Positions 30,591 through 32,000 of a DNA stretch of 32,000 nucleotides are shown here, one piece after another (the first letter of the stretch is position 1; every line of letters starts with the position of its first letter). The stretch spans positions 1,260,001-1,292,000 of the forward strand of contig CP178758.1 of assembly GCA_047651235.1 (NCBI GenBank), read 5' to 3'. The translations under genes were made by a program, and so were the position numbers. Below the pieces are notes generated by a model. It was not told where the DNA came from, searched no databases, and saw only the letters and a list, made by a program, of their open reading frames with translations. The stretch comes from Candidatus Electrothrix yaqonensis (GTDB taxonomy: Bacteria; Desulfobacterota; Desulfobulbia; Desulfobulbales; Desulfobulbaceae).

Positions 30591-32000
30591 ATGAAGTTGC
30601 AGGTGAAGTCGCTGTTTCCTTTTCTCCGATGGTTCAAGCTGGTAACCAAGGAGAGTATCAAAGATGATCTTATGGCCGGTCTGACCGGTGCGGTGATCGT
30701 GCTGCCCCAGGGCGTCGCGTTTGCCACCATTGCCGGTCTGCCGCCGGAATACGGTCTGTACACGGCCATGATCACGCCGATTATCGCGGCCCTGTTCGGT
30801 TCCTCTTTTCATCTGATTTCCGGCCCGACTACGGCCATTTCCATCGTGGTTTTCTCCTCAGTGAGCCATTATGCGGAACCGGGCAGCCAGGAATTTATCA
30901 GAATCGCGTTGACCCTCACCTTTCTTGCCGGGGTCTATCAGCTTTCCTTCGGGCTCGCCCGGTTGGGAAGCCTGGTCAACTTTGTCTCCCATACGGTGGT
31001 GATCGGGTTTACTGCCGGAGCTGCTATTCTCATTGCCACGAGTCAGGTCAAGCATATTACAGGCATACCGGTTCCGAAAGGGGAGTCATTTCTCCGTACC
31101 TGGGTTGATCTGTATCAGGGGATGCATAGTTTTAATTTCTATCTCCTGCTCATCGGACTTGTTACTTTAGGGGTATCTTTTGCTTCAAAAAAAATCCTTC
31201 CAAAAGCGCCGAATCTGCTTATCGGTATGGTTGTCGGCAGCCTGCTCGCAGTCGTGCTCAAGAACCTGCAGGTGACAGCCCCGGATGCCATTAAACTGGT
31301 CGGAGAAATACCTGCTCACCTGCCGCCGCTTTCGTCGCCTGATTTTTCTCCTGATACCATCAGAATGCTGGCCCCTGAAGCCTTTGCTGTCGCCCTGCTG
31401 GGCCTTATCGAGGCCGTATCCATCAGCCGGGCTGTGGCCACAAAATCCAACCAGCGCATTAATTCAAACCAGGAGTTCATCGGCCAGGGTTTATCAAATA
31501 TCTGCGGCAGCTTTCTCTCCAGTTATGCCGGTTCCGGTTCGTTTACCCGTTCCGGAATCAACTATGAAGCCGGAGCCAAGACCCCGCTTTCTGCGATTTT
31601 CGCCGCAATTGCTCTGATGGGAATCATTCTGCTGATTGCGCCGCTGACCGCGTATCTTCCTATTGCCGCTATGGGCGGGGTTATCCTGCTGGTTGCCTAT
31701 AATCTGATCGATTTTCATCATATCAAGCAGGTGCTGAGCTTCAGCAAATCCGAGTCTGCTGTCCTGCTGACCACCTTTTTTGCCACCTTGTTTCTTGAGC
31801 TGGAGTTTGCCATCTATATGGGGGTGCTGCTTTCCCTTGTTCTCTTTCTTGCCAAAACATCAAATCCGGAAATTCTGTCTATCTCCATTGATGAGGCAGA
31901 CCACGAGGGGCTGAGAAAATTTATTGATACGGAGCAGAAACCGCTGGCAGAGTGCCCGCAGCTGAAAATCATCCGGGTGGACCGATCCGTCTACTTCGGC
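30591..32000 (+). CDS. SulP-family anion transporter (sulfate permease with the start of a C-terminal STAS domain), 3'-truncated by the window edge
   Basis: Not in the ORF track because it has no stop. My manual translation from ATG 30591 (SD AGAGGGAG) is open for all 470 codons to position 32000. It reads MKLQVKSLFPFLRWFKLVTKESIKDDLMAGLTGAVIVLPQGVAFATIAGLPPEYGLYTAMITPIIAALFGSSFHLISGPTTA...NQEFIGQGLSNICGSFLSSYAGSGSFTRSGINYEAGAKTPLS, which carries the SulP signatures. Confidence 0.9.
   Translation, partial: MKLQVKSLFPFLRWFKLVTKESIKDDLMAGLTGAVIVLPQGVAFATIAGLPPEYGLYTAMITPIIAALFGSSFHLISGPTTAISIVVFSSVSHYAEPGSQEFIRIALTLTFLAGVYQLSFGLARLGSLVNFVSHTVVIGFTAGAAILIATSQVKHITGIPVPKGESFLRTWVDLYQGMHSFNFYLLLIGLVTLGVSFASKKILPKAPNLLIGMVVGSLLAVVLKNLQVTAPDAIKLVGEIPAHLPPLSSPDFSPDTIRMLAPEAFAVALLGLIEAVSISRAVATKSNQRINSNQEFIGQGLSNICGSFLSSYAGSGSFTRSGINYEAGAKTPLSAIFAAIALMGIILLIAPLTAYLPIAAMGGVILLVAYNLIDFHHIKQVLSFSKSESAVLLTTFFATLFLELEFAIYMGVLLSLVLFLAKTSNPEILSISIDEADHEGLRKFIDTEQKPLAECPQLKIIRVDRSVYFG

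Noticed and set aside
1-32000. Scan for rRNA, tRNA, CRISPR arrays, IS/transposase or integrase genes, and prophage blocks
   Set aside because: I saw no tRNA-like cloverleaf candidates in the intergenic regions, no regularly spaced direct repeats, and no transposase, integrase or phage structural motifs in any ORF translation. This was an eye scan only; tRNAscan-SE, Infernal or ISEScan would be needed for certainty.

Overview
Chromosomal window of about 52-53% GC (judged by eye) with roughly 30 protein genes. I recognised no rRNA, tRNA, CRISPR array or transposase. The gene content (EF-G2-type paralog, long class-II aldolase, DUF3365 heme sensor, two-CW protein) suggests a deltaproteobacterial or Desulfobulbales-like anaerobe, but that is a low-confidence guess.

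Layout:
- 229-2283 (-): EF-G-like GTPase.
- 2527-4128 (+): murJ.
- 4361-4639 (+): tiny Lys/Cys-rich protein with a clean terminator.
- 4832-12055 (-): a 5'-truncated PKD-like remnant, a DUF3365 heme-c sensor with HAMP, a NUDIX hydrolase, rlmL, a hypothetical protein, and a REC-GAF-PAS hybrid histidine kinase.
- 12551-19709 (+): an eight-gene cluster, described below.
- 19740-24976: envelope genes, comprising a polytopic membrane protein, a secreted Arg/Gly/Tyr/Asp repeat protein, a coiled-coil OMP beta-barrel, and an 824-aa exported protein.
- 24956-28424 (-): nagZ, a UDP-sugar epimerase, and a class II FBP aldolase.
- 28464-29592 (-): a low-GC islet with an HNH protein and a PD-(D/E)xK (HsdR_N-like) protein.
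- 29857-32000 (+): a small membrane protein and a 3'-truncated SulP transporter.

The most interesting locus is the plus-strand cluster at 12551-19709. It holds three tandem paralogous response regulators (REC + DUF4388/PATAN-like), two of which carry a C-terminal Roadblock/LC7 domain. It also holds a possible V4R-like small protein, a glutamine-synthetase-fold amidoligase, a stand-alone class-II (Ntn, N-terminal Cys) glutamine amidotransferase, another Roadblock protein, and a Cys-rich two-CW protein. No MglA-type small GTPase is present. I know of no described system that couples a Roadblock/PATAN signalling module to an amidoligase/GATase pair. All domain calls come from motif recognition by eye and need profile-HMM confirmation.
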